Of a stretch of 64,000 nucleotides of DNA, positions 10,520 through 21,079 are shown one piece after another. Source of the DNA: Centroscyllium fabricii (lineage: Eukaryota); the NCBI GenBank assembly GCA_051313645.2, contig JBNRSN020000039.1:6510001-6574000 (forward strand), in the 5' to 3' direction. How positions within the stretch are numbered: position 1 is the stretch's first letter; the number at the start of each line of letters is the position of its first letter. The notes below the pieces were generated by a model. That model was not told where the DNA came from. It made no database searches and saw only the letters and a list, made by a program, of their open reading frames with translations. The translations under genes were made by a program, and so were the position numbers.

Positions 10520-11580
10520 GACAACAGCAACTGGCATTTCTATAGCGCCTTTCATGTAGGACAAATGGTACCACACAAAAGCAAGGGCGGAAATAGCGGA
10601 GGCTCTGACAAACATTTTCCAACACTCTCTGAGAGCAGTTGTGGAGCGCTCGAAGCTTTGACCATGCTCAGTCAGCTCCGATATCCACATTGTCCGCATG
10701 CCGGATACGGGAATCCAAAAAATAAGCGCTCTACTCGGGGCTCCGGCACTGCAAGCGAGACCCAGGTGGGCAGATAAATCTCTTCCAGCAATGCCCTGAA
10801 AGCCTCCTTGAGAAATTGTAACATCCCCATCGACACATGTTTGTCCTGTTGGCTGAGGTTGGTGCCTTCGTTCGTCGCAGTGTTTAACTGGAGGAATTTG
10901 TGCCTCATACAGAATTTTGGTCAATCATTCTGCAAACTAACACGCGATGTAAGTGTTGAGAGTGGGTAGCGGGGAGGTGGAGATTAGCGTCGTCAGTTTA
11001 TATGTGGAAGCTGACACCATGTGTTCTGAGAATGTCTTGAAAGGGCAGTATGCAGACGAGAAAGAAGAGGTAGAGAGCAAGGAGGATCCTTATAGACTCC
11101 AAGGAAAATTATGAGGCCACTTTAGGACAGGTAGGAGTAGAACCAAGCAAGGACTTTGGCACTGAGCTGGACAGCAGAGCAGAGGACTTGAAGGAGGATG
11201 GTGTATTCAACCGTTTCGAAAGCTGCAGAGGTAGAGGCGTAGGTGGGATTATGGGATTGTGCACCACAGTAAAAGTGATAGTGTGTTTCAATAATTCCAT
11301 TATTCCGGGGAATTTCACTACCTTGGCAGGGATAGAAACCTCATTGAAGATAATGAAATAACGAACTGTCAGAAGGATGTGCACCCTTGGGAGACACCAA
11401 CATAATGAAGCACTCTGAAGATAAAACGGGAGGTTGCAGATGGGGTTGCACTTTGTCCGGAGGAAGCGATTCATGTTTGGTTTTTGAGGAGGGGAAGACA
11501 ATACAGGTTTTTTAGGGGACAGATACTGAGAAGAGGGATACGTGTTAAATATCTACCAATATAGGAGCCAGGTATAGAAA
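10520..11580 (-). mobile_element. Degenerate L2-type LINE, interrupted by an RTE fragment
   Basis: Tail ACAACAGCAACTGGCATTTCTATAGCGCCTTT at 10520; reverse complement of 10989-11022 resembles the HGVSFHxYADD RT motif. Confidence 0.45.
10615..10950 (+). mobile_element. RTE-clade LINE fragment (ORF C-terminus)
   Basis: Frameshifted translation resembles QLR..HIVRMPD...LYS.LRH.KR.PGGQ....ALKASL..CNIPIDT. Confidence 0.65.
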
Positions 11581-11744
11581 ATGAGTTGGTAGTTAAATTG
11601 CTATTTAATATTGTGGCCATTAGACAAAATAATCGAATATCTCGATGAATGTAATGACTCTCCTAATCGCCCTTTACAGTGATCTGTCAAAATGTAAACG
11701 CTGCTCCAGGTCGATGTGAATCACTGTTTTTTGATCTATTAATG

Positions 11745-13072
11745 GGTCTCAGTGGGCAACACTCATGCGTCTCATCTCAGAAGGTTCTGGGTTCACAATC
11801 ACATTCCAAGAGGCTTGGGCGCAAATATGTATATATGTCAGCATTCAAGGATAGTCCCCTTGCGGGGTCTGACGGAAGTGTCAGCTGCTTTCGATTGAGA
11901 CGTTAATCCGATACCAGGTCTTTCCTCTCGGATGGACGTCTACAATTCCATTTCACCGATTTCATTTTCAATTTAAATAAGTGTATCTGTTGGTTAACAT
12001 ATTGGGCCCTGTTTTCCTGTGCTCCAGAAGAGCTGCACCACCACGAGGGGGGGGGGTCAGAATTGCCTCGTGGGGGTGCAGCTCGGGTGATTACCAGAAA
12101 CGTGAATGTCCTGTGCTGATGGGCAAGGGGCTTCAGCTTCCTACACAAGAAGATTTTGAGCTGCCGATTTCCTGTGGCAGCTGCTCAAAATGCGTGTGTA
12201 TCACGTGGGCAAGTCTCTCTTGAGCTGCACAATTAAAAAGCAGTCTTAAAGGTGCTGAAGGCAGCTTTGTGAAGTGGAGAAACACGTATAAAGGTAAGTT
12301 TTTTTTTGATTCCTTTGCAGATATTTGTCTGTGGTATTTCAGCTTTTAAATGGTATGGTTTTTTATTGGTGAAAGTGAAACAAAAACGGGTTTTTAACGC
12401 GATGTCAGCAGCTCTGGTGGCCATCACAGCTGCTTAATTTGCGTTAAAAAACGTGTTTTTTTCACTTACACCGAAAAAAACAAAACCCTACCCATTTAAA
12501 AGCTGAAAGACAACAGACAAATATCTGCAAAGGAATCAAAAAAAAATTAACTTTAAACGTGTTTTTTTCACTTCCACCAAAAAAAAACCCTAACAGCAGA
12601 ATAGGCAGAAACTTTAAAAAAACAAGGTGCATCCTAGAAACTTAAAAAAAACAAGGTGCTTCCTACCCGATATTCTTTGCCCTGAGTCCGATTCTGTGCT
12701 TTGTGGGGGGAGGGGGGGGGAAGTCACCTCATTGGGCGTGGCCTGCTCACAACCTACGCACAAAGAACCACGCAACAAAAAAAAACAGACCCCTACGCAT
12801 CAAAAAAAAACGTCATTTTCAACAGGAAATAGCCGTCAGAATTTTTTTTTTACGTACGCGTCCGCCGCGGGTGCACGTGAGCGCGCACCCGCAGCAATCG
12901 GGCAACAGGAAAACAGGGCCCATTGCTTTGTGTGAGAGGTTGCTGTGCGCAGGTTGGCTGGCGTGTCTCCTAAATGACAACAGTGACTTCATGTCAAAAA
13001 CTACTTCATTGGCTGCAAAGTGTTTTGAGACATCTCGAGCTAGTGAGAGGCGCGATAGAAATGCAAGTTCTT
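11745..13072 (+). mobile_element. SacSINE1/DeuSINE-like SINE interrupted by a MITE (pieces ~11745-11950 and ~12935-13072)
   Basis: tRNA-like head CTCAGTGGGCAACACTC..CTCAGAAGGTTCTGGGTTCA, body GAGACGTTAATCCGA..CTCTCGGATGGACGT, tail ACAACAGTGACT..TTCATTGGCTG..ATAGAAATGCAAG. Confidence 0.65.
12004..12921 (+). mobile_element. Non-autonomous DNA transposon (MITE), PIF/Harbinger-like
   Basis: 17-bp perfect TIR GGGCCCTGTTTTCCTGT/ACAGGAAAACAGGGCCC; 3-bp TSD ATT on both sides; second copy at 39746-40646. Confidence 0.88.
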
Positions 13073-13078
13073 AATTTC

Positions 13079-13960
13079 TTATAATTTCCCCTTTCGGTTA
13101 AACAAATATTTCACCCCATTCTTCAGCTCCTCTCTAAATTTCCTCTGTGTCAGTCCATAGATACACGTGTTTGTTCAGGAGCAAAGCATTTGCTGCATAA
13201 ACCCAACTTGCTGTGTGATATATATCGGATTACTGAGATATTTGTCTTCATAATAAAAATTTATCACTGGCCAGTTCACTGAATGCACAACATACGTCAT
13301 CCAAAACAGCATGAAATTGGCCGAAATAGAGAAAAGCAGAATTATGGATTTTCTCCGATTCTTCATCTCCGCATCATTCTGATACTCTCTGTTGTTCCGG
13401 AGTCCCCTGCGGACAGATTTGCAGCAATAATATGTCTGACAGTCAGCGCATTGAACATCTTAATTAGAAGGATTGGTAATAAAGGGGTTATGATGCTGTC
13501 GATCCATTCGTATACCCTCCACAAGGGGGAAGTGAAATAATCAGTTGTTGCAACACAAAACCAGGGCACATTGTCAATGATAAGGAGTGCTTCCGGTAAA
13601 TAGTAAACGGGAACACTCCTCAAACAGCTCAACATAAACACGGTGACGATAACCACGGTCGCTGTTTTCTCGGTGCAATATTTTGATTGCAACTTGGGAC
13701 AGCAAATTGTTACAAAGAGTTCAAAGGTGAAGGTAACAGTAAGCCAAACAGAACAGTCTACAGTGACAATGTAGGCGACAAAGTTCACAGTACACACCGG
13801 AGTCAGAGAGAGGAAGCTAATTGGCTATTAATCCGATGTAATATCACATCGATGATAACCACCATTAGATCCGCCGCTGCCATGGCGACCAGGTACCGAG
13901 TGATGCATTTGGAGAGACCGCACTTTCCCCGGGACAGGATCACAATCGACACCAAGTTCA
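13079..13960 (-). pseudogene. GPR139/GPR142-like class A GPCR pseudogene, main coding exon
   Basis: Acceptor TTCCTGTTCCTTATAG, then (V)NLVSIVILSRGKCGLSKCITRYLVAMAAADLMVV, SVWLTVTFTFELFVTICC (DRF decayed to ELF), KYCTEKTA, NRRKSIILLFSIS, TNTCIYGLTQRKFREEL. Frameshifts near 13830 and 13415; in-frame TGA at 13175-13177. Confidence 0.92.
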
Positions 13961-14299
13961 CTATAAGGAACAGGAAACATCAAATTGACCAATCAAAATA
14001 TTTTCCTTCGGAAAAGAACTATCTGATCTCATTGAAGAAGTTATTGAAATATCATTTTTTCAAGTTCCGAATTAAATATGTTTGCTACATTAAAACACTG
14101 TTTATTGGCGGGCAGGGAAACCTGATGCAAATTTTGGAACTGAAGGTTAGGCATGAATGGAAATGTCGTTGAAAATTGATACAGGCAATTTTGGTTGCGT
14201 AAAGTATTATTGGGATATTTTAGGGGATTGCAGGTGACTGAGAACAAAGGGTAACGTTTATCTTGAACCAGTGATACCATACAAATACCTGTGAATCAG

Positions 14300-14790
14300 C
14301 TCTGCAATGTTGCGCCATGGTCTGTACAGCTTGGCGATCACTCTCGCAACTTATAGTTTAGGTTCTGTACAGTGTGGCGATCAGTCTCTCAAATTGTACT
14401 GTTGTGATCTGTAAATCTGGGAGGCCACTCGCTAACCGTGTGCGATTAGGCTCTGAACAGCGTGGAGATCACTCTCTCACATTGCTGGCTACGTTCTGTG
14501 CAGAATCGAGATCACTCTCACATTGCTGGTTATGTTCTGTGCAGAATGGCGATTTATCTCTCACATTGTTCGGTTATGGTCCGTACAATGTGTAGATCAC
14601 TCTCTCTGGGTGGTTATGTTCTGTAAAGAAAGGAATGCGCTATATAACAATGTTAATTATGGTCTGTACAGCACAGGTGACCGCTCTCTCACAGTGTAGG
14701 GTGATGGAGGTCACTGTCTCACATTGTTGGATTATTGTCTGTACAAAATGAAGTGCGCTCTCGCACACAGTTGCGATACATGCAGTGTAG
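14300..14790. repeat. Degenerate ~42-44-bp tandem repeat in the GPCR intron
   Basis: Recurrent GTTCTGTRCAG.RTGGMGATCACTCTCTCACATTG.TGGTTAT. Confidence 0.7.
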
Positions 14791-15156
14791 AAAATGGTCT
14801 CGTACAGTTCAGCAGAATTATCGGTATCGGATCGGCCGCCTGTTTTAGCAGTGCCGAAAAATCGGATCCATTGACTGCACTGGAACTGAATATCCGGTGT
14901 TTTATTTGATGGGCGACGTTTCCGACAACGCCCCTTTTGTTCCATTGCACAACGTCATGTTGCACACTCTTTCGCTTTTCATAAACGGCGTATCAGCAGG
15001 AGACCACTGGGTGGAAAGTCACCTGAAGATTACCGTAATAATTTAATAGTCTAGTTGTATCATATTGATATTTCCTCAAAAGTGATATTTGGAAACAAAG
15101 AAAAGGATGAAACCTATTATTAGGACGTGGTAACATTGCAGTTAGAAAATCATAAT

Positions 15157-15898
15157 GGGCCAGTAATTCGGTTCGGAGGCTCCCCTCGGGTGCAACCTCA
15201 CACCATCACATATTTTGCGTGCCGGACATTGACCTGTATGCCCGCCCGTGATTCCGATCCTGGGCTTCATCCTACTGCCTGCGCGCAGAGCTTACGTATC
15301 CCCGGGGCGCAGTGATCGCGGCGTCCCCTTGGATCACGTCGGCCAAGGAGAGCCAATGGGAGCCGAGAATTACCCATTCATATGTTTGGCAAAAGAGCCG
15401 TCAAAACGTTGAATATTATAAGCCTGAAATCATCAGAAATTCATCATTTTTTAAAAAATCACACTTTTAAATTAATTATACAGTACTTCAAATAACTCTG
15501 TTAAACAATAATTTTAATTAAAAAATATACATGTTCTAAAGGGGAAAAAATAAACTTACCTTTCTTTAATGTATTTAAAAATAATAACTCTGTGGAAAAA
15601 AGGCTAAAATGTTAATTATATCACCACTTACCTTGTTAAAAGCAGGCATTCCATCTGCTTTTTACATGTGTAAATGTTTCAGAATTCGCCGCTTATAAAA
15701 CCGGTAAAAAAAAGTAAGTGCAATGCTAATGGCTGGGCTCCCGCGCATGCGCTCCACCTTCTAACCCCTTCGTTCAGGAGGACGGAGGTGACGGTTTCCC
15801 ACGCAGGATCAGAGCTTGCAGGAAACCGGCACTATACTTGGGCATTCGCGTGTGTACACCGTCCGTACTCAGGCTTTTGCACCCGAATTTCTTGGCCA
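15157..15898. mobile_element. Probable old Harbinger-like MITE
   Basis: AAT|GGGCCAGTAATTCGG ... CCGAATTTCTTGGCCA imperfect TIRs with an AT-rich core. Confidence 0.45.
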
Positions 15899-15930
15899 AA
15901 ATGGTTGGGCAGAAGCAATGCAGAATCATT

Positions 15931-16945
15931 AAATTCAGTTCAATTCAATTCAAATCAAATTTTATTTGTATTGCAGAGTACTATCCAATATAAGGAAACC
16001 AAAACTCGCCGCTGCCTAGAGTAATGCAAGTAAGTTACACACAACTGCAGGCAGTAAAGTGTATTTCAGCTGAGCGGATATTGGAGTTTTTTGCAAAAGT
16101 TCAGGAGGCTGACAGCACTGGGGAAGAAGCTGCTCATGAATCTAGTCGTGGGGGTGCCAATTGATCTGTAGCGTCTACCGGAGGGCAGGGGGCGAACAGA
16201 CTATGGCTTGGGTGTGTGGGCTCTTTACTAATGATCACAGACCTCTGTAGGCAGCGTTTAAGGTAACTGCATTTAATTGACGGTTGCTAAGTGCCGGGGA
16301 TTCTTTGGGTAGTTTTGATTACCCGCTGCAGGGCATTCCGGTGCGCGATGGTGAAGTTCCCATCGCAGACTGTGATGCACTTGTTAGTATGCTTTCGATT
16401 GAGTAGCGGTAGAAGTTGGTGAGAATGTCGGATGTCAGTTTTGCTTTTTTCAGCTTCCTTAGGAAATACAGGCGCTGTTGGGCCTCCTATATCAGAGAGG
16501 AAGTGTTTAATAACAAGGAGAGATCTTCCCAGATGTGGACCACGAGGAACCTGAAGCTGGACAAACTTGGATGAAGATGGGGGGGGGGGGTGTCTTCTGT
16601 TTTAGTCTTTCGGAAGACCACTAGGATCTACTTGGTTTTCTTGGTGTTCAGTGCCAGATTGTTGTCAGCACACCATCCCACAAGGCGCTGAATCTCATCA
16701 CTGTATGCTGACTCATCGTTGTTGGTGATCTGGCCAACCACCGTGGTGTACTCCACAAACTTGATGATCATGTTGGAGCCATGGATATTCGCACAGTCGT
16801 GGGTGAAGAGGGACTAGAGGAGGGGTATCAGCACACAGCCTTGTGGGGCCCCCGTGTTTGGGTAAGTGGGCGGGGATGTTAGGTTTCCTAACTTAACAGA
16901 CGGTGGTCTGTTGGTTAGTATGTCCAGGCTCCAGTTGGAATTCGT
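15931..16945 (-). mobile_element. Rex1/Babar-like LINE, 3' part
   Basis: Minus strand NTGAPQGCVLIPLL, THDC..HGSNMIIKF, GWCADNNLALNTKKTK; (TTCAA)n tail at 15935-15960. Confidence 0.8.
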
Positions 16946-17270
16946 GTTTGACAAATATTTTAGCAGATTTAAATGTGTAACTAGTAGGTTAGATAAGGGT
17001 GAACCAGTAGATGTTATTTTTAAAAAGTCATTCGACCAGGTGCCGCAAAACATTGGGCCTCGTGGTATTAGGGATAATAATGTCGCATTGATTGACGCAA
17101 GTAGGAATAAACGGGTCATTTTTTCAAGTACCCCAATGAGCTGTACTTGTGGCTCAGCTATTTAAAACCTATATCAATGACTTAGTAGAGCAGACCGCTT
17201 GTAAAGTATACAATTTGCTGATAATACAACGTTGGTTGACAAAGCAAATCTGTAGGGGTGGACCGCTCAC
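16945..17270 (+). mobile_element. CR1 RT fragment
   Basis: VTSRLDKGEPVDVIFKKSFDQVP; QLFKTYINDL. Confidence 0.6.
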
Positions 17271-17684
17271 TGTTTACAGACGTCACTGGATTTTAGTTTC
17301 CATTAATAGAAGCCACAAGCAACGTCGGAGTTGGACTGATGGCCAAAAATAAAATATATAATTATGCAGTTGAATCCAATGAATACATGAAATAAATATA
17401 CAAATAAAATTTTTTTTTTAATCCCCACGTTACCTGTCAAAAACATGTCAATCACAAAAAGCATTAATATATGTTAGGATGACAGTTTCAGCTCCAAAAG
17501 GGAGTTTCTGCTGACAACAGTAAAGGGAATCATTGTTTCATCCTTGTCTGTGGAGAAAATTGAAGAGATCACGTTATGAAAACAATACATTCAATTAATT
17601 AACTGAAAACAAAAAAACGGAATTGATAGCCTGAACAGTCGTAAACATAACAATTAGATTTACTCTCTCGTTTTACTCTCTTAC

Positions 17685-17754
17685 CAGGAACAGCGAGGGC
17701 TGCAAGAATCGGGTAGTAAAGAAGTTATATCTGGTAAATGACTGCGTATGCCAT
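17685..17754 (-). pseudogene. First coding exon of the GPR139-like pseudogene
   Basis: Minus strand translates MAYAVIYQI*LLYYPILAALAVP, then G|GTAAG donor. The phase-1 junction joins TG of exon 2 to give in-frame V-N-L (TM1); premature TAA at codon 10. Confidence 0.88.
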
Positions 17755-17835
17755 TTCTGACCTGAAGGTCAATGTCTGTTCTGCCAGGCACAGAGCACTG
17801 ACTGTGGAAATGTAAAGGCTGATTCAGAGGAGCTC

Positions 17836-17842
17836 TTAAATA
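17836..17842 (-). promoter_or_regulatory. Possible TATA-like box of the GPCR gene
   Basis: TATTTAA on the minus strand ~80 bp upstream of the exon 1 ATG; supported by position only. Confidence 0.25.
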
Positions 17843-18106
17843 TTTCCTATAGGAACCTCCATGGACAAGGTTATCTCGGGAGAGTGATCAGTCATATTAG
17901 TTACATTACACTAAACAAACAGATTCAATGGACCGCTTTTACTAAAACGATATGTATGTAATATGTTATTTTCATTAGAGGATTGGCAGAACAATATAAT
18001 TTTTTTTATTTCTTTGAAATTGCATCTAATGGTAAATTGTAAAATATTTTGCTGTGATACCAATTTCTGTACAGTCATGATGTTGACGTGCAAGAGGAGT
18101 CTCTGT

Positions 18107-18730
18107 TAAGAACATAATATTAGAAGAAATAGCTTTTGCAGATGGTCATTCTGCACGTCGAGCATGCTCCAACATTCAATCAGATCATAGTTGGAATTTT
18201 AACTCAATTCCACTTACCGCCCTAACACCATGTCCCTTTATTCCATGAAAATCAAAAAAGGTGTTGGTGCTCTGTCGTGAATATTCACAAGGACTGAGCT
18301 CTGACTGTGGGCGTGTAAAGTTCCTCTGGGCTCTGGCATTGCAACGAGTCATTGCACTTTGATTAATGTAATTTATCCTTGTCTCAGTCCTAAATGGTGA
18401 CCGTATTCTGTGAATATGACCACTATTTCTAAACACCCTACCCAGGTGAATCTTCCCTGAGCCCTACACTGTCAACGCCTGTAAGTCAGGTATATGCTTA
18501 AATGAGATCACCTTGCAGGCCTGGTCGCCTCCGTCAATCCATATGGTACAATCCCCATCGCAGGAAACCTTTGCTCAACATTATTTGCACACACTCAAAG
18601 GAAAGTAACCCTTCATTGGTAGAGAGACCAAAACTGTCAACAGTAAACAGATGTGGTTTCACAAGAACCCCATTTAATTGCAGTAAAACTTTCTTAATCT
18701 TATACTTGCATGTGTTTGGTAATCGCTGTG
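18107..18730 (-). mobile_element. CR1 3' fragment; continues at 20835-21075 beyond an unidentified insert
   Basis: Tail AAGAACATAATATTAGAAG; KYKIKKVLLQLNGVLVKPHL on the minus strand. Confidence 0.7.
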
Positions 18731-18889
18731 AATATTTGCATGAGGATGATTGTGGGTTTCTGCACTGCGTGCTTTTAAAAGCAGCGATGCATGCACACCC
18801 GATGCCCTTACACACATTCGCGCTGTATACAGGAGACTGCACGTGGGCCACGCTGTAATCGGCTAAGTGCGGAATTGGTCCGATGATAG

Positions 18890-20160
18890 TTGGGGTAGGA
18901 GAAGGGGAAGATCATGGTTAGCCAGTGTTGAGAGAGTGACGAAGTAAGTGGAGAGAGGGATTGAAGTTGGTGAGAGAGGGGATGGACAAATTAGATCGGA
19001 GACAGAGGCAGGAGATTGCAGAGAGAGGAAATCGGAGGGAGGGAGATGAAAATGGAGAGAACGCGGTGCTCGTAGCGGGGAGAGAGGAGAGACGGGAGGG
19101 AGCTGTGATGACAGCGTGGATGGAAAGGAGTTTGCAATGATAGAAGATCGGAGAGAGAGATGAGATCGGAAAGATAGCGGAAATTGTACGCGAGATAGAG
19201 GAGATCAGAGTGGAAGCTGGAGAGGAGATCGCACAGAGAGCAGATGGAGAGAGAGAAGACCAGAGTGGAAGGGAAAACGGATTGGTGAAAGAGAGGAGAT
19301 TAGAGAGGTTGAGTTGAGATTGGAGAGCGAGAATGAGCACAAGGGGGAGACGAGATCAGAGGGGAAAGTGATGGAATCGGAGTGAGCGTGGTGAAGGGAG
19401 GGGAGGAGAACAGATAGGAGAGATAATGTGATCAAAGTGGAGATGGAGGATATCAGAGAGAGCCAGGTGAGCGGAGGGGAAGAGATGGGAGATGAGAGGG
19501 GAAGTGAGCAGAGAGGGGATCGGAGTGAGAGAGGAGATCGGATGAGGTACGGAGAGGAGAAGGTGGAACGAAATCAGAGGTCAGATGGAGAGGAGATGGA
19601 GAGAGAGTATATCAGAGAGGAAGAGGAGATAAGAGGGGAAATGGAGAGCAGAACGGAGACAGAGGAGGACTGAGTGAGATCGGTGGGCGAGAGAGAGAAG
19701 AACAGAGATAATGAGGAGGTAGGAGGAGGGATGGAGAGCAGATCGCAGGGAGAGGAGCTGTGGCTGAATAGCGGAGGGCGAGAGAGAGGAAATCAGAGAG
19801 AATGAGGGTGTAGGAGTGTAATGGAGAGCAGACCGCAAGGAGAGGAGCTGTGGGTGGATATCGGTTGGAGAGAGAGAGGAGATCGGAGAAAGAGTGAAGA
19901 AAATAGAGGGAGAGGAGATTGGATAGAGAGAGGGAGGTTGGAGAGAGAGGAGAATTGAGAAACAGAGAGCAGATTAGAGTGGGAGTGGAGGTCGGAGTGA
20001 GAGGGTGTCGAAGTGTGACATAGAGGAGACAATCTGAGGGGAAACGAGAAGATCTTAAGGGGAGTGATAGGTTTGAAGAGAATGTGAGAATATCGCAGAG
20101 GAAATGAGAGGAGGTCGGACTTTGGAGAGGAAATCAGGATCTCGCGGCGGGAGATGGTCA
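18890..20160. repeat. GA-rich low-complexity tract with a recurring GAGATCGGAGAG motif
   Basis: Purine-dominated strand over ~1.3 kb; inverted homologue at 61060-62640. Confidence 0.85.
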
Positions 20161-20834
20161 GGAAGTCGTTGCGTGGGCACTTTAGATGTACGCTGAGCAC
20201 AGCTTTTATGGTGGAAGAACATGCTCCAGGTCTGAAGGGCGTGAGAGCGAGAATGTGATCCAGATTGTAAGAGGGATCACGTTCTGCCAACTCCTCCGCA
20301 CACCCCACTATACACAGGCACCACGTTCGCCCTCTCCTCCCGAGACCAGGTTGATTTTTCAGCATACCCGGCACGTGGGCTGCCATTGATATCGTCGGAA
20401 TGTAGGGAATCGGGAAGTCATGAAACTGCCAGAACTCAATTCTTACCCACTGTGCTAAGAAGTCGTCACCCGCACACAATGCCCCATCAAAGTGTGGGGA
20501 CTGTCAGTACCGAGTTGCAGGAGAAGCGCAGGACCCTGGGTGGAGAAGGTCAGGAAACCAGGGGAGGGTGGCGAAGTTCAGATGCTGGTGGGGGAGTAGT
20601 TCAGGAACGTGTTGGGGAGGGAAACGTTCCGAACTCTGGGTCCGAAGTAACGTTAGGAACGTGTTGGGGCGGCAGTACAGTCTTTGCAAAGCATTTAATC
20701 AATTAGGTAGGCAGTGTCTAATTTCACATTCCAGGTAAGCTGCTGGGCATGGCTTGTCCACCAGGGGGAACAATCAGAAAACCGGTGATTCAAATAGAAA
20801 TTAGATTTTGCTCTAAAACCTCACGTATCCTTTT

Positions 20835-21075
20835 CTTTCGTAATTGTTTGCTTTTCCTGCAATTTAAATGTCTGTGCTTCGTGTACAAGGGGGCCAAATA
20901 TTTCCCAATATCTCATAATTTAAATAATATTCGTCTTTTCTATATGGCCTACAGATGACCTTGCCCACTCACTTTATCTGTCTGCAGCCTCCTTGCATCC
21001 TCGTCACAACTTAATTTCCCAACTAGATTTGTAACTTTAGCAGACCTGGAAACATTGCACCTGCTCCCGTTATAT
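20835..21075 (-). mobile_element. CR1 RT fragment with internal deletions
   Basis: GCAGCCTCCTTGCATCCTCGTCACAACTTAATTTCCCAACT (reverse complement of LG..SCDEDARRLQ). Confidence 0.65.
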
Positions 21076-21079
21076 CAGT

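Noticed and set aside
20186-20560. Trypsin-like or Tx1/L1 ORF1-like reading of the duplicated arm (ENVIQIVR..HPLYNSTT)
   Set aside because: Catalytic and zinc-knuckle motifs are missing and the frames disagree between copies; left as unidentified
20758-20768. CTCF-like core CCACCAGGGGG
   Set aside because: Not conserved in the duplicate near 60400; a single short motif without functional data
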